Assembly (NCBI RefSeq): GCF_036321535.1
Contig: NC_087438.1
Coordinates: 13,332,001 to 13,396,000 of the forward strand
Reading direction: 5' to 3'
DNA: 64,000 nt
DNA from: Camelus dromedarius
Taxonomy: Eukaryota
Part shown: piece by piece, positions 63,701 through 64,000 of the stretch
How the letters are laid out: every line of letters starts with the position of its first letter
How positions within the stretch are numbered: the stretch's first letter is position 1
Position numbers and translations under genes: made by a program
Notes under the pieces: model-generated
The model's database searches: none
What the model saw: the letters and a program-made list of their open reading frames with translations, nothing else
What the model was told of the DNA's origin: nothing

Positions 63701-64000
63701 TTAGGATGTGGGTTGTAAACAATATCAAATATCAATATGATTACATAAATTCTGTCAGAAATAGTTAAATGGCAGGGCAGGGATCAAATTTATTGATTCT
63801 GTGATGGAACACCATCTTTAAACCCAGATTACATTTCTCTTTGCTCTATCTCAGTGTTGAATTCATCCATATGTTGCTAGATTTCTGAGAGCTGTTGAAA
63901 TCTAAATTTCCAAGCATCATCTAAACATGATCATATCTGGAGGGAAAAAAACATGATAAATCATTCTTTTCTATCGTTCTTTCTTGGGAGGTAGCAAACT

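Overview
AT-rich, gene-poor placental-mammal DNA, either intergenic or deep intronic. I recognise no protein-coding exon, RNA gene, CRISPR array, numt or non-retroviral viral element. The supplied ORFs are short chance ORFs or translations of decayed repeats (HAL1/L1 ORF1, L1 ORF2 C-terminus, LTRs). Most of the window is layered transposon relics: ancient L2, MIR, HAL1, L1ME/MC/MA, MaLR LTRs and hAT MITEs, plus seven ERV1-type solo LTRs (three MER41-like) and four younger cetartiodactyl-type L1 pieces. The young L1 3' UTR and the lack of ruminant, pig, primate or carnivore SINEs suggest a camelid (inference). The best observations are: (i) a TSD-flanked, polyadenylated ~240-bp non-L1 retro-insertion whose poly(A) signal lies in a hAT relic; (ii) a probable L1 3' transduction linked to a mutated L1 poly(A) signal; (iii) a solo poly(A) insertion; (iv) STAT-type motifs, namely an intact GAS in one MER41-like LTR and N4 STAT6-type sites multiplied by tandem duplication; (v) repeat-free, motif-dense islands that look like conserved enhancers. 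I found no support for a novel multi-gene system. Repeat subfamily names are from memory of consensus sequences and need RepeatMasker/Dfam confirmation.
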